Positions 1 through 9,949 of a DNA stretch of 32,000 bases are shown in pieces. The DNA is taken from NCBI GenBank assembly GCA_963706795.1, contig OY970170.1, forward strand, positions 570,001 to 602,000, read 5' to 3'. The position numbers and the translations under genes are program-made. Numbering within the stretch: position 1 is the stretch's first letter; every line of letters starts with the position of its first letter. The stretch is from Candidatus Saccharimonadota bacterium. Its GTDB lineage: Bacteria; Patescibacteriota; Gracilibacteria; BD1-5; UBA2023. The notes beneath the pieces are model-generated. The model was not told where the DNA came from, did no database searches, and worked only from the letters and a program-made list of their open reading frames with translations.

Positions 1-9
1 AAAGACCAT

Positions 10-552
10 ATGTTTGAGAATCATGAAAAGACTATGCAAAAAGATTGCTTGATTGAAAATTTGGACCATGAAACTACAGAACTTGACCAGAAAGTGATTT
101 TAGTAAGATTAAAAAATATGGGGATCGTAACTTTAAATAATATGAAAGTCATTTTTCTGCTCAAACACACTAATTATACAAATTTTGATGGCAAAAATAT
201 AGGCTATTTCTCGTCTTACGAAAAAGCTCGGTCTGCGTGTTTGACTGTATCACATCAATTAGGCTTTCGAGATTATCCAAATGACTTTGAGATCATTTGT
301 GTACCACTTTATCATCAAAAAGATCAACTACCTAAGCATGCATATGAACTGGTTAAATCAACAGAATTGGATGATGTAGAAAAAACGTATTATCTTGGAA
401 TATTTTGAAAACGTGTAGATGCTGAGCGACACAAAAAAGGGATTTTAAAAGAGAAAAAATCCCAACTTGGTGTATATCGCATAGAAATTGATCGAATCTA
501 CTGGGAGGAAGGATTTATCAGTGTGGAAGAAGCATCGAGTGAGTTTTTGTAA
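10..552 (+). CDS. Hypothetical protein. The small domain resembles orphan immunity-type proteins (KVIFLLKH...DGKNIGYFSSYEKA...GFRDYPNDFEI...YRIEIDRIYWEEGF).
   Basis: ORF 10..408 continues in frame through TGA 406-408 to TAA 550-552. The frame is also open back to base 1, so the true start may lie upstream of the window. Confidence 0.5.
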
Positions 553-566
553 GGATATTACGTTTA

Positions 567-863
567 ATGGCATTTATGAAAATTTCTCTAAATAGTAGAA
601 TTCTTTGCTGTAGTGTACTCTTGATAATCGGCCATTTTTTCCTCTATGACCAACTGACAGTATTAACCGATACTCAAATGCGAGAAGTCGCTGATATGAA
701 TGTAATAAACAACTGAGGCAGTATAAGGCCTCAGTTGTTAGAAGTAGAAGAATGAATCTCCGGCAGCAAAATTTTCACTTATATCATCTCGTATCACAGA
801 TATACAAGACAGACTATCGAAGTCGATAGAAAGTGATACTGTGACACATCGGCCATTTACTAG
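567..863 (+). CDS. Hypothetical small protein with a hydrophobic N-terminus (MAFMKISLNSRILCCSVLLIIGHFF).
   Basis: ATG 567 to TAG 861-863 is open only if three in-frame TGA codons are read as sense. It sits 14 nt after the previous gene and 7 nt before the next. A 10-bp hairpin lies inside it at 710-737. Confidence 0.3.
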
Positions 864-870
864 ATACTGC

Positions 871-1227
871 ATGAAAACCTATTTTTCTGATATTAAAGGT
901 GTCCTCAAGATTTATCTAATAGAGCGATTTGTTTACGCTCTCTGGCTTATGTTTGTTCCTGGCCCAGGATCTATGACGCGATTACCATACTTTTCATTTC
1001 TCGAATCATTTTTTTGATATAACTACTCTCCAATAATCGCTCTCATCTCAAGCATAATCGTTATTCCCACTTTATTTTGGTTATACGAAAAGTTTCTAAA
1101 GAAAACCATTGCATTGTCGTATAGAACCTTATATATCTTAATTGGATACATAGCTTTCCTTCATCTATTTTTATACCTACATAGGGCATTTTTTGGATGC
1201 ATATCGTATTGTCTAGCCTTCCATTAA
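871..1227 (+). CDS. Hypothetical small membrane protein.
   Basis: ATG 871 to TAA 1225-1227 has one in-frame TGA near 1012. It contains hydrophobic stretches (YSPIIALISSIIVIPTLFWLY, LYILIGYIAFLHLFLYL). Confidence 0.45.
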
Positions 1228-1242
1228 AAATCCTCAACAACT

Positions 1243-2043
1243 ATGTCATATCTCGGACTTTCATTTTTCTCAAAGAGTGAGTATATTACCATACCTCAGG
1301 ATAACTATCACATATATACAAAGCTCTTTAGTAACTGTTTTTGAGCTATTAAAGTGCCCGATGTACGAACTCGGGGATACGGTCAAGATAATTTCTTGAA
1401 CATTTGGCTAACGACTGGTCCAAGTCTTCCAATAAATAGGGAGGCTTGGGAGTGATTTATGGAACTTCTCGAGTGAGATCATTCAATAGTACCTTGATTT
1501 CAACTCAGAGATGCAGTCATGATTGGTCACATAGATTGGGAACACTATTTGGTGCTTGAATCGCCATTAAATATTGAACAAATAACAAAGAACCAGTCAT
1601 TCATAGAATTTGTTTATCTACCAAATAAACAAGCATCTAGCATTTGAGGTATTTTTGATTTGGCGCAAGACGATATCATGCGTGATATTATTCAGGGCAA
1701 ATACGGTGCTTTATTTCTTGGTTTAAAGTCCTATCCAATACCGAGCTTTACATGCCCATGCTGCGGATTTATAACCCTCCATGAGGATCATCATGTATAC
1801 GAAATATGTGAAGTCTGTGACTGGGAAGATGATCCAGTGCAATTTGAATTCCCTGATTCTCCATCTTGAGCTAATAAGTGATCCCTTCGACAGAATCAAA
1901 ATTCTTTTCTTTCCACCCAATTTTCCGATCAGGAAAACTATCTTGGTTATTTAAAGGACAAAAATTGGAAACCTCTTTCTCCAACTAGTGCACCGAAAGA
2001 TGGAGGAATATCTAGCGGATTAGATTATTTTAATGCTGCTTAG
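1243..2043 (+). CDS. Cysteine-rich CPCC-domain protein with a roughly 140-aa N-terminal extension.
   Basis: An 801-nt frame in AT-rich DNA has no TAA or TAG and seven in-frame TGA codons. The C-terminal part reads CPCCGFITL...YEICEVCDWEDDPVQ...SPS-G-ANK-G-SL, which matches the CPCC zinc-ribbon family pattern (CPCCG..T.....YEIC.VC.WEDD...GGAN..SL). Confidence 0.7.
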
Positions 2044-2083
2044 GACCCAATGAAGTTGCAAATGTTCACACTGACGGCACAAT

Positions 2084-2509
2084 ATGATCCTACTTTATCT
2101 TAGAGAAGAAGCCGATGGCACAATTTATTCAAGAAAACTTATAACTAATCTATCTATGAAACATGCTTGTCCCTGCTGTGGATTTCAAACAATAGATTCG
2201 TACTGAGACTACGATATTTGCGACGTATGTTTTTGGGAAGATGATCCTGCGCAGGCTGCACGCCCGTACTCACCATACTGAGCAAACTGAGAGTCCTTAG
2301 TTGATTATCATGTAGCGGCACTTGCTAATGTGCCTGAAAATATACTCACGTTTACAAAGTGAGGTGTTATCTTTCATCGTACTCAGAACTGGAAGTATAT
2401 ATTTGACTCATTCATTAAAAGTAGGTCAAACAGTGATTCAAACGACATGAACAGATATATACAAGATACTGAATTTATTTATAGTTTTGATGATATATCA
2501 AATGAATAG
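2084..2509 (+). CDS. Second cysteine-rich CPCC-domain protein.
   Basis: It reads MKHACPCCGFQTIDSY-G-DYDICDVCFWEDDPAQ...SPY-G-AN-G-ESL, with four in-frame TGA codons and stop TAG 2507-2509. The start is ATG 2084 or ATG 2156. Confidence 0.65.
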
Positions 2510-2643
2510 TCATCTGTCGTCTTTACTTCCACCCCACTCCTCCCTATAATCCCCCCATGACTCACACATCTCTCCTCCCCGTTCCCACAATCCCTCGCCG
2601 CACGGCGTAGGTTTTTTGGGTAGGTAGAAGAATGTATCCAAAA

Positions 2644-2676
2644 ATCCCCGTGCAACTCGCACGGGGATTTTTTTTA
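2644..2676 (+). terminator. Intrinsic terminator closing the low-GC island.
   Basis: Stem ATCCCCGTGC / GCACGGGGAT has a 5-nt loop and is followed by a T8 run. An A-run lies upstream, so it may act in both directions. Confidence 0.7.
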
Positions 2677-2817
2677 ATTATCAAATATGAGCAGGATCCA
2701 AATATATATTCGAATTCCCTTTGGGGTGTACAGATAGTCTTCCGTAGCATCTGCGCTACTCCCCATTGCCTTCCGTAGGCTTTTCTATACACTTTATGAC
2801 CTAAACCATTCTCATTT

Positions 2818-4041
2818 ATGCTACATCTTTCGCGATACCCTTTTTCTACGCTCAAAAATCTCCCTACCGGTTCGGACAACAGGGGGACGGGGCTTCTCAC
2901 GCAGGCGGCTTATGTGCGTCGCGAACTTGCGGGTGCATATAGCTACCTTCATATGGGTAAAAAAGTACTCGATCGCATTACGCAGATCGTCCGAGAAGAG
3001 ATGAATGCTATCGATGGAACCGAGATCGTGATGCCATCGCTCGGCTCAAAAGAGCACTGGATGACCACTAATCGCTGGAATGAAGTCGATGTTCTCTTCA
3101 AACTTCCTGCATCTGAAGGTGGTGAACCACGCGAGTATGCGCTCAATCCTACACATGAGGAAATCGTTACTCCACTCATGAAGGAATTTATTCAGTCCTA
3201 CAAGGACCTCGATAGCTGTGCAGTATATCAGTTCCAGACAAAATTCCGCAATGAGAAGCGAGCGAAGTCAGGTGTGCTTCGGGGGCGAGAATTTATTATG
3301 AAGGACCTCTATAGCTTCCATACTTCGCAAGAATCACTCGATATCTATTTTGAGCGGGTTCGCGAGGCATACGTGCGAGTTTTTGAGCGTCTTGGAATTG
3401 GAGCAATCACGCACTATGCGTTTGCTTCGGGGGGTGATTTTTCAAAATATAGTTACGAATTTCAGACTGAACTCGGTATTGGCGAAGATGTCGTATATGT
3501 CTGTGATGCCTGTGACCAAGCGCACAATACAGAAATTATTGAAGCCAGTGGATTTGTCTGTGTATCGTGTGGATCGACCAAATATCACGAGTCGGTTGTC
3601 AGTGAAACTGGCAATATCTTTAAGCTCGGGACTCGATTTTCTAATGCATTTGGACTCTCATACACTGATGCAGAAGGCAAAATGAAGGAAGTCTATATGG
3701 GATGTTACGGAATTGGTATCTCACGACTCATGGGAGTGATCGCAGAGCGACTTGCTGATGAGAAGGGACTCGTATGGCCAGAGGCAATCGCGCCATATAC
3801 GCACTATATCATCGCATTCCCTGAGACTATTGTCGAGGCAACCGAACTTGCTCGCAAACTCGAGAGCGAAGGCGCGAGCGTAATCCTTGATGATCGTACA
3901 CAGGGATTCGGACATAAGGCAGGAGATGCTGATCTGTTCGGTATCCCACACCGAATTGTCGTTTCAAAAAAGACACTCGAAAATGGTGGATATGAGTACA
4001 AATCGCGTACTTCGGATGCTGTAGAAATCAGAGCTTTGTAA
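2818..4041 (+). CDS. proS: Prolyl-tRNA synthetase, short form without the large editing insertion.
   Basis: The 407-aa ORF is intact. The N-terminus (LSRYPFSTLKNLPTGSDNRGTGLLTQAAYVRRELAGAYSYLHMG) and class II motifs (FRNEKRAKSGVLRGREFIMKD, GCYGIGISRL) are typical of ProRS. Confidence 0.9.
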   Translation: MLHLSRYPFSTLKNLPTGSDNRGTGLLTQAAYVRRELAGAYSYLHMGKKVLDRITQIVREEMNAIDGTEIVMPSLGSKEHWMTTNRWNEVDVLFKLPASEGGEPREYALNPTHEEIVTPLMKEFIQSYKDLDSCAVYQFQTKFRNEKRAKSGVLRGREFIMKDLYSFHTSQESLDIYFERVREAYVRVFERLGIGAITHYAFASGGDFSKYSYEFQTELGIGEDVVYVCDACDQAHNTEIIEASGFVCVSCGSTKYHESVVSETGNIFKLGTRFSNAFGLSYTDAEGKMKEVYMGCYGIGISRLMGVIAERLADEKGLVWPEAIAPYTHYIIAFPETIVEATELARKLESEGASVILDDRTQGFGHKAGDADLFGIPHRIVVSKKTLENGGYEYKSRTSDAVEIRAL

Positions 4042-4068
4042 TCAAAAACTCATCAAACCGCATAAAAG

Positions 4069-4093
4069 AGGCCTCCGCAAGGGGGCTTTTTTT
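4069..4093 (+). terminator. Intrinsic terminator after proS.
   Basis: Hairpin GCCTCC-GCAA-GGGGGC has one G-U pair and is followed by a T7 run. Confidence 0.7.
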
Positions 4094-4110
4094 GAGTTTT
4101 GTGCGGAGTC

Positions 4111-4119
4111 TGCTATACT
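4111..4119 (+). promoter_or_regulatory. Extended -10 element TGcTATACT.
   Basis: It is a TGn plus TATACT match. It ends 10 nt before ATG 4129, so the transcript would be leaderless or nearly so. Confidence 0.35.
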
Positions 4120-4128
4120 CGGATAAGT

Positions 4129-6543
4129 ATGCAGGAAGTCCTTCTCGTTCTCGCAGTTTTGCTCATCCTCTGAATTTTTGGTGGGGGCTTTGTATTTTTA
4201 CAAAAAAGACGCCGTTTTGACCACATGCTCGGCATGGTGTTTTTGCGTGTTCTCCTGCCACGCAAGGACAGCGATGCAGACGAAAAAAAGGAAACGAGTC
4301 GTGACTTTAAAGAGCAAGTGAGTCTCATGGAACAGCTCTTGTCATCACTTCGCTCCATCGGTCAGGGATCAATTTTTGCTCGTGCACTGGGTGGTAGATC
4401 CTTTTCGCTCGAGATCGTAGCAAATGAGCAGGAGATATTCTTTTATGTGGTCGTACCCAAAGAGATGCGACTCCTCTTCGAAAAGCAGATCACAGGATTT
4501 TATCCAGATGCGGTGATCGATGCGACTCCAGAGGTGAATATCTTTGAATGACGCAAGAGTGTCAAAGGTGTCGAACTTGTCCTTAAAAAGCCATATTTCG
4601 AGCCGATTAAGACCTATCAAAAGCTCGAGTCCGATCCTATGAATCCTCTCGTAGGTGCTTTAGGGAAGCTCTCTATGGGTGAATCCGCTGTAGTGCAAAT
4701 TCTTCTCCGACCGGTGGCAGATACGTGGCAATCAAAGTCATTTAAATACGAGTGAAAACTTGGTGGTGCACATTTTAGTTGGAATCCATTGGATATTCTC
4801 TCCAAATTTTTAAATGGCGTTGATGAAAAGTCTGCCGATCCAAAATCCGAAGGAGGCGATGAAAAAGCCAATACCCGCGAGCTCGTCAAAGAGAAGGCAA
4901 AAAAGAGCGGATTTGAAGCAACTCTGAGACTCATTGCGAGCGGTCAAAATGACATGATGACTGAGTCGATCGTATCTAATATTGCATCTGCGTTCTCCCA
5001 GTACAGTGCACCAGGATTTAATAGTATCAAGGTGTCAAAGCCTCACTATTTTGACGCATTTGTCCGAGATTATGTATTTAGAGCCTGTCATGGTGGATTT
5101 TTTGCGCACCATGATATTTTTTCGGTTGAGGAAATCGCTTCACTCTTCCATTTTCCACACTCAAAATACAACCGCTCGGCCGAGATCAAATGGCAGAATT
5201 TTAAGATCATGAAGGCACCAGTAAATATTCCAACTGAGGGGATATTGCTTGGGTATAACAACTTCCAGGGAAATACGCGGGAGATTCGCATCAAGAATGA
5301 GGATCGATTCCGGCACTTCTATGTTATTGGACAGACGGGTACGGGTAAGTCGTCGATTTTGCAGGTTATGGCGAGACAGGATATTAGTCTCGGACATGGG
5401 ATGTGTGTGATTGACCCGCATGGAGACCTTGCCATGGATCTCTTGCCATTTGTTCCACGAACACGTGCGGATGATGTCATCTATTTTGATCCGGCAGATG
5501 TCGCTCGACCGATGGGTATTAATATCCTCGAGGCTTCGACTGACGACGAAAAGCAGATGGTAGCACAGGACTCGCTCAATATCATGATTAAGCTCTTTGG
5601 TCCCGAGATATTTGGTCCGCGTATTCAGGACTATTTCCGTAATGGAGTACTGACACTTATGGATTACCCGGGTGGGTGTGCGCTTACGGATATCCTCCGA
5701 TTGTTTACGGATGATGAATTCCAAAAAGAACGCCGTCGAACGATTAAGGATCCGGTGGTGCGCGCTTGGTGGGACTTCACATTTGCAAAGATGGGAGATC
5801 GAGAAAAGGGTGAGATTATCCCATACTTTGCGGCGAAGTTCGGTGGATTTATTACGAACAAGCTGATGCGTAATATCATTGGTCAGACGAAGAGTTCCTT
5901 CGACATTTTGGACAGCATGCAAAGCTCAAAGATCCTCTTTGTAAATCTCTCAAAGGGAGTACTCGGAGACTTTAATTCGAATCTCTTGGGTCTGATCCTC
6001 GTATCTAAAATCCAGATGGCGGCCATGCGTCGCCAGACATTAGAAAAAGAGCTCCGCAAAGACTTCTTCCTCTATATCGACGAATTCCAGAACTATATCA
6101 CCGAATCGATCGAATCCATCCTCTCCGAAGCTCGTAAATATCGTCTCGGACTGATTGTAGCCCACCAGTATCTTGGTCAGCTCCAAAAGTCAGATTCACT
6201 CACGAAGTCCAATGTTAATCTTAAGGATGCGATCTTTGGTAACGTCGGATCTATGATGTCTTACAAGGTCGGACCAGAGGATTCTGAATTTCTCGAGAAG
6301 CAGTTCGCACCGGCATTCACCGGACGTGATCTCGTTAATATGGACAAATTTAAGGGCGTGATGAAGCTTGCGGTCGACGGACAGCCAACACCAGCATTTA
6401 GTATGACGCCCGTCAATCCATATCTCGAGCTCGGTGATAAAAAACTCGCAAAGGCCTTCAAGGAATTATCCAGACTCAAATACGGCCGCGAACGAGAGTT
6501 TGTTGAGAAGGAGATTAATTTCCGTATCGGGGCTTCGCAGTAG
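4129..6543 (+). CDS. Membrane-anchored FtsK/HerA-superfamily P-loop ATPase of VirB4/VirD4 (type IV secretion) type, paralog A.
   Basis: Three track fragments join in one frame through TGA 4171, 4549 and 4753. It has an N-terminal TM helix (VLLVLAVLLILGIFGGGFVFL), Walker A GQTGTGKSS, CVIDPHGDL, Walker B FFLYIDEFQNY and ARKYRLGLIVAHQY. It is collinear with the gene at 21573..24497. Confidence 0.8.
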
Positions 6544-6568
6544 GAATCGATTCTAAATATTTTAAAGT

Positions 6569-7540
6569 ATGCGCGTTAAATCTCTCTTCGCTCTCGCTAC
6601 CTTTGGTGCGTTTTTGATGGTGCACGCGGACAATGTCGATATTGGTACCTATGACGCCTATAAAGACGAGGTCAAAAACTTCTGTGAAAGCAAGGACCGA
6701 CCATGGAATAGCAGCCAGGTGAGAGATACAAAAAATCCTCTTCTCAAATACAGCTCGATTATCTATCCCGATATCACGAATCCAAACTCGGATGCGCAGT
6801 TTACAGGACTACTGGATACGACAAAAGGGAGTAAAGAAGAACTCAATGCCATCCTCGATCTCCAGAGCAAATATATGCCTCTTGCGAGCGAAATCGAAAA
6901 ATCGTCCGCTATTTACAAAGAGCGAATGAACTCGATATATGCCTGTGCTGTGCTCAATACAAAGCTTCGTATTCATACAAAGCTCATGGATACGTTCAGG
7001 CCTACAGGATCAAATATCGTAAATCGATTGAAGCAATCATCTGATCAAATTACTCGTCGTATTGATGAGCTTCAGTGTCGAAATATTGCCAATGATGGCG
7101 GCGATGGAGCAGAGCTTTCGCTCAAAAAAGAAATCATCGGTCAAACGACCTACGAATACTGTAATTATCGCCACTATCTCTACTATGTAGATTATAGCGT
7201 GAAGCACCGCCTTGGAGATGTGCTCTCCACGATGAAAAAAAAGAAGGCACTCTTGAATGGTGCTACAGACGAATACGATCAATTTAAAACGACTGATTCT
7301 GTTGCGAAGGGGCTCGCGGAGGTGGCAACCAGAGCTGATAGCGAAATTGCGAGAACTCGAGATGTGTATAGTGCCGCATTTGATTCGTATACAGACTTTG
7401 AGCGTAACTATGCCTCACATGTTATCATGATCCTGATTGAGGATCGTTATGCGCTTTTGCGAGATTTTTTGAGAGAGACGATGAATCCTATCGGACAAGT
7501 TATCTACCTAGCATCCAATGCCACAAGCACAGGGAAGTAG
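6569..7540 (+). CDS. Secreted hypothetical protein.
   Basis: The 323-aa ORF is intact and starts 25 nt after the ATPase. It has a Sec-type signal peptide (MRVKSLFALATFGAFLMVHADN) and several Cys residues. I recognise no family. Confidence 0.6.
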   Translation: MRVKSLFALATFGAFLMVHADNVDIGTYDAYKDEVKNFCESKDRPWNSSQVRDTKNPLLKYSSIIYPDITNPNSDAQFTGLLDTTKGSKEELNAILDLQSKYMPLASEIEKSSAIYKERMNSIYACAVLNTKLRIHTKLMDTFRPTGSNIVNRLKQSSDQITRRIDELQCRNIANDGGDGAELSLKKEIIGQTTYEYCNYRHYLYYVDYSVKHRLGDVLSTMKKKKALLNGATDEYDQFKTTDSVAKGLAEVATRADSEIARTRDVYSAAFDSYTDFERNYASHVIMILIEDRYALLRDFLRETMNPIGQVIYLASNATSTGK

Positions 7541-7916
7541 GAGATTCAAAATAACTTCGAACTTCACATTCAACACTCCGTTTCCTCGTGCGGAGTAGCT
7601 ACCGCTACACCTTACTCCGGTACTCGTGTTTCATGCGAATTTCTTTGTTCTTTTGAATCTAAAGACCTTGAGGGTTGTAGAATTTGAGGCCTCTTCAGAG
7701 AGAAAAAGATTTCCTCGTGCTCCCATCGCAGCGCGGCCATGATCGATCCGATTTCTTTTTGTGCAGTGAGGCACCTAGATAACGAGGGAGATAAGTTAAT
7801 CAAATCTCTACCCTTGTTGAACAAACAAAAAGAAACGGACGATACCCAAGGGCACAGGTCCACGAGACAGCGAGATCCACAGAAATTCAGTAGCAGCAGG
7901 CTAAAACACCAATCCT

Positions 7917-8879
7917 CTATTTAAAAAATACATCAATAAATCGCTGCATATCCTCTGGTACTGGCGCCTCAATTCGAAGGCGTTTTTTTGTCATTGGATG
8001 AGCAAATTCTAGGCGTCGGGCGTGGAGGAGTTGGCGGGTGATATTGTGTTGCTTTTGGGCATCTCGGTTTGCGGCGATATCGCCATAGGTTTTGTCGCCG
8101 ATCACCGGTGCTCAGAGCGATGCGAGATGTACTCGGATTTGGTGCATGCGTCCAGTTTCGAGCTCGAGTTCGATGAGAGAGAGCTTGGACTCCATATTTT
8201 TGGCGAGCACGGTAAAGTGAGTGACGGCTTTTGCACCTTCAGAATCTATTCGCACTTTGTTCTCATTTTTGGCATTTTCGATGCGGAGAAGCGGTGCATT
8301 GATTGTACCCTTTGACTCTACAGGAATGCCAGCAGCACAGGTGAGGTAGATTTTTTTAATCTTGTCTGACTGGAGATCCTCGAGGACTGCATTGAGTGCA
8401 TGTCGAGATTTGGCAATAATGAGCACTCAGGAAGTATCTCGATCGAGACGATGCGCGAGAGATGGCTTCCAGCCAGTGCTGTTATATTTTTTGCCAAGAT
8501 AGTCCTGGATCAGCTCGATGAGTGAAGCCTCGGTTGTTTTGTGATCACCAGGATGGACATTGATACCAGGCGGTTTGTTGACGACGAGCAGGGTTTCATC
8601 TTCGAATAAAATACTCGTAGGATCAAATTTTGCCTGCGTTGCGGGTCGGATTTCTTTTTGTTCGCCAAATTCGATAATTTCGACATCGTTCAAGTAGAGA
8701 GCGATTTCATCTCATTCTTGGATGCGCATTTCGGGTTCTGCCTTTTTGCCATTGAGCCTCACTTTTTTGGTGCGCCCCATTTTGTAGAGGAACGAGAGCG
8801 GAGCATTAGGGAAGAGTTTCCTGAGATAGCGATCGAGGCGCTGATCTGCGTCAGCGGCGCTTACCGTCAATAATTGCAT
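7917..8879 (-). CDS. rluD: RluA-family 23S rRNA pseudouridine synthase with an N-terminal S4-like domain (RluD/RluC type).
   Basis: Four fragments join in one frame through TGA 8712, 8427 and 8112. Motifs are HRLDRDTS-G-VLIIAK, HQIRVHLASL-G-APVIGDKTYG and RQLLHARRLEFAHP. The start is ATG 8877-8879. Confidence 0.85.
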
Positions 8880-8880
8880 G

Positions 8881-9948
8881 CTATTGGAATACGGTAAAGT
8901 CGAGTGCTTCAGAAGTCGTAAGTTGTTGGATTTTTTTGATGCGAGTACGCTTAAATCCTGATCTATATCCTTCGGCCGAAACACTTGTGTACTGCGAAGG
9001 AATCAAAGTATTTAACTCGAGATTTTGATTGGTGATTGTATCGACTCCGTAGCCAAAAAACTGAATAGCCGACAGTCCGCCGATATTGTTTGCCACACGC
9101 CTAACTCGGTATTCGAGATAGGGAAGCACTTGTCCGGTTTCACTCTTCAAAACATTAGCGACCGTGAGCTTGAGCGTACATCCTGACGCAACACAATTAC
9201 CGAGCTCAGAACTATAGAGCGAATCCAGTGATCCTGTATTTCCGAGAACATTGTCGCGGGCAATCATGTTTTTAAGCTGCGGCGTGGGATCGGTGTTGAT
9301 GCGATTGATACTGCTCGCATCGTAGACTGCAGTGAGTCCAGTTGTACCAACAGAACTCATATTTGGCATGAGTGTGGTCTTGCCATCCGAAATCACCCAA
9401 AAGACGACTGGATAGAGTGTACTATTGGTAAAAAACCGAGTTGCGGGCGAATCAAGCGGCGTAAGAATATCAGTATTCGTCGCTGTTTTTGACTGAACTT
9501 TTGGCACTCGTAAATCGAGCTGAAATTCATTTAAAAACGTTGCCCCGTAATTCTTGGGAATAAAGAGCTGTACAGGAGCTCATGGACCTATTTGATTCCA
9601 GTTTTTGTCGTATTCGCTGTTACCCGTTCATGGGAGCGGTATAGCATTGGTGAGTTCAGAAATATTGTAACCACCTGTAGCGGTAGTCATACTTGTGGGT
9701 AGGGTATTCGCATTTTTGGGACCAGAAATGCTGTGTCCTGGATTGCGAAGATTGAGAGTAGCGAGGGCTTTTTCGATTTGGGCGGAGGCTTCGTAGTAGG
9801 CGATGGTGGAATTCTCGATACCGCGGACATTTCGAGAGAGAGGAACTATATGATCCAAGAGCCCGATCATCACGATGATGAGGGTTCCAGTGATGAATAT
9901 ACTCACTAAGAGAGCAGATCCTCGAGATTGTCGCGATAGATTTCTCAT
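8881..9948 (-). CDS. PilX-like minor pilin / pseudopilin-associated protein.
   Basis: ORFs 9628..9948 and 8881..9507 join through two TGA codons. The N-terminus (SRGSALLVSIFITGTLIIVMIGLL) resembles the PilX N-terminal segment. Its stop lies 1 nt before the rluD-like start. Confidence 0.5.
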
Positions 9949-9949
9949 G

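Noticed and set aside
2677-2817. T-box leader upstream of proS.
   Set aside because: Hairpins and a 9-nt direct repeat (CTTCCGTAG twice) are present. There is no T-box consensus (AANNNGGGTGGNACCGCG) and no terminator/antiterminator pair between them and the start codon.
5161-5922. 253-aa ORF on the minus strand inside ATPase paralog A.
   Set aside because: It lies entirely antisense to a CDS with strong motif support (Walker A, DPHGDL). It has no motifs of its own, and the long open frame is explained as the mirror of the sense frame.
7541-7916. RNase P RNA, tmRNA or SRP RNA in the 375-nt spacer.
   Set aside because: Local resemblances exist (GCTCCCATCGCAG, CCTAGATAACGA, ACAGAAAT, CAGGTCCACGAG). 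The near-invariant cores are absent on both strands:
- RNase P: no GGAAAGTCC, and no ACAGAA followed within a few nt by GGCTTA.
- tmRNA: no GGTTCGAATCC T-loop or CCA-end acceptor.
- SRP RNA: no GGAAGCAGC.
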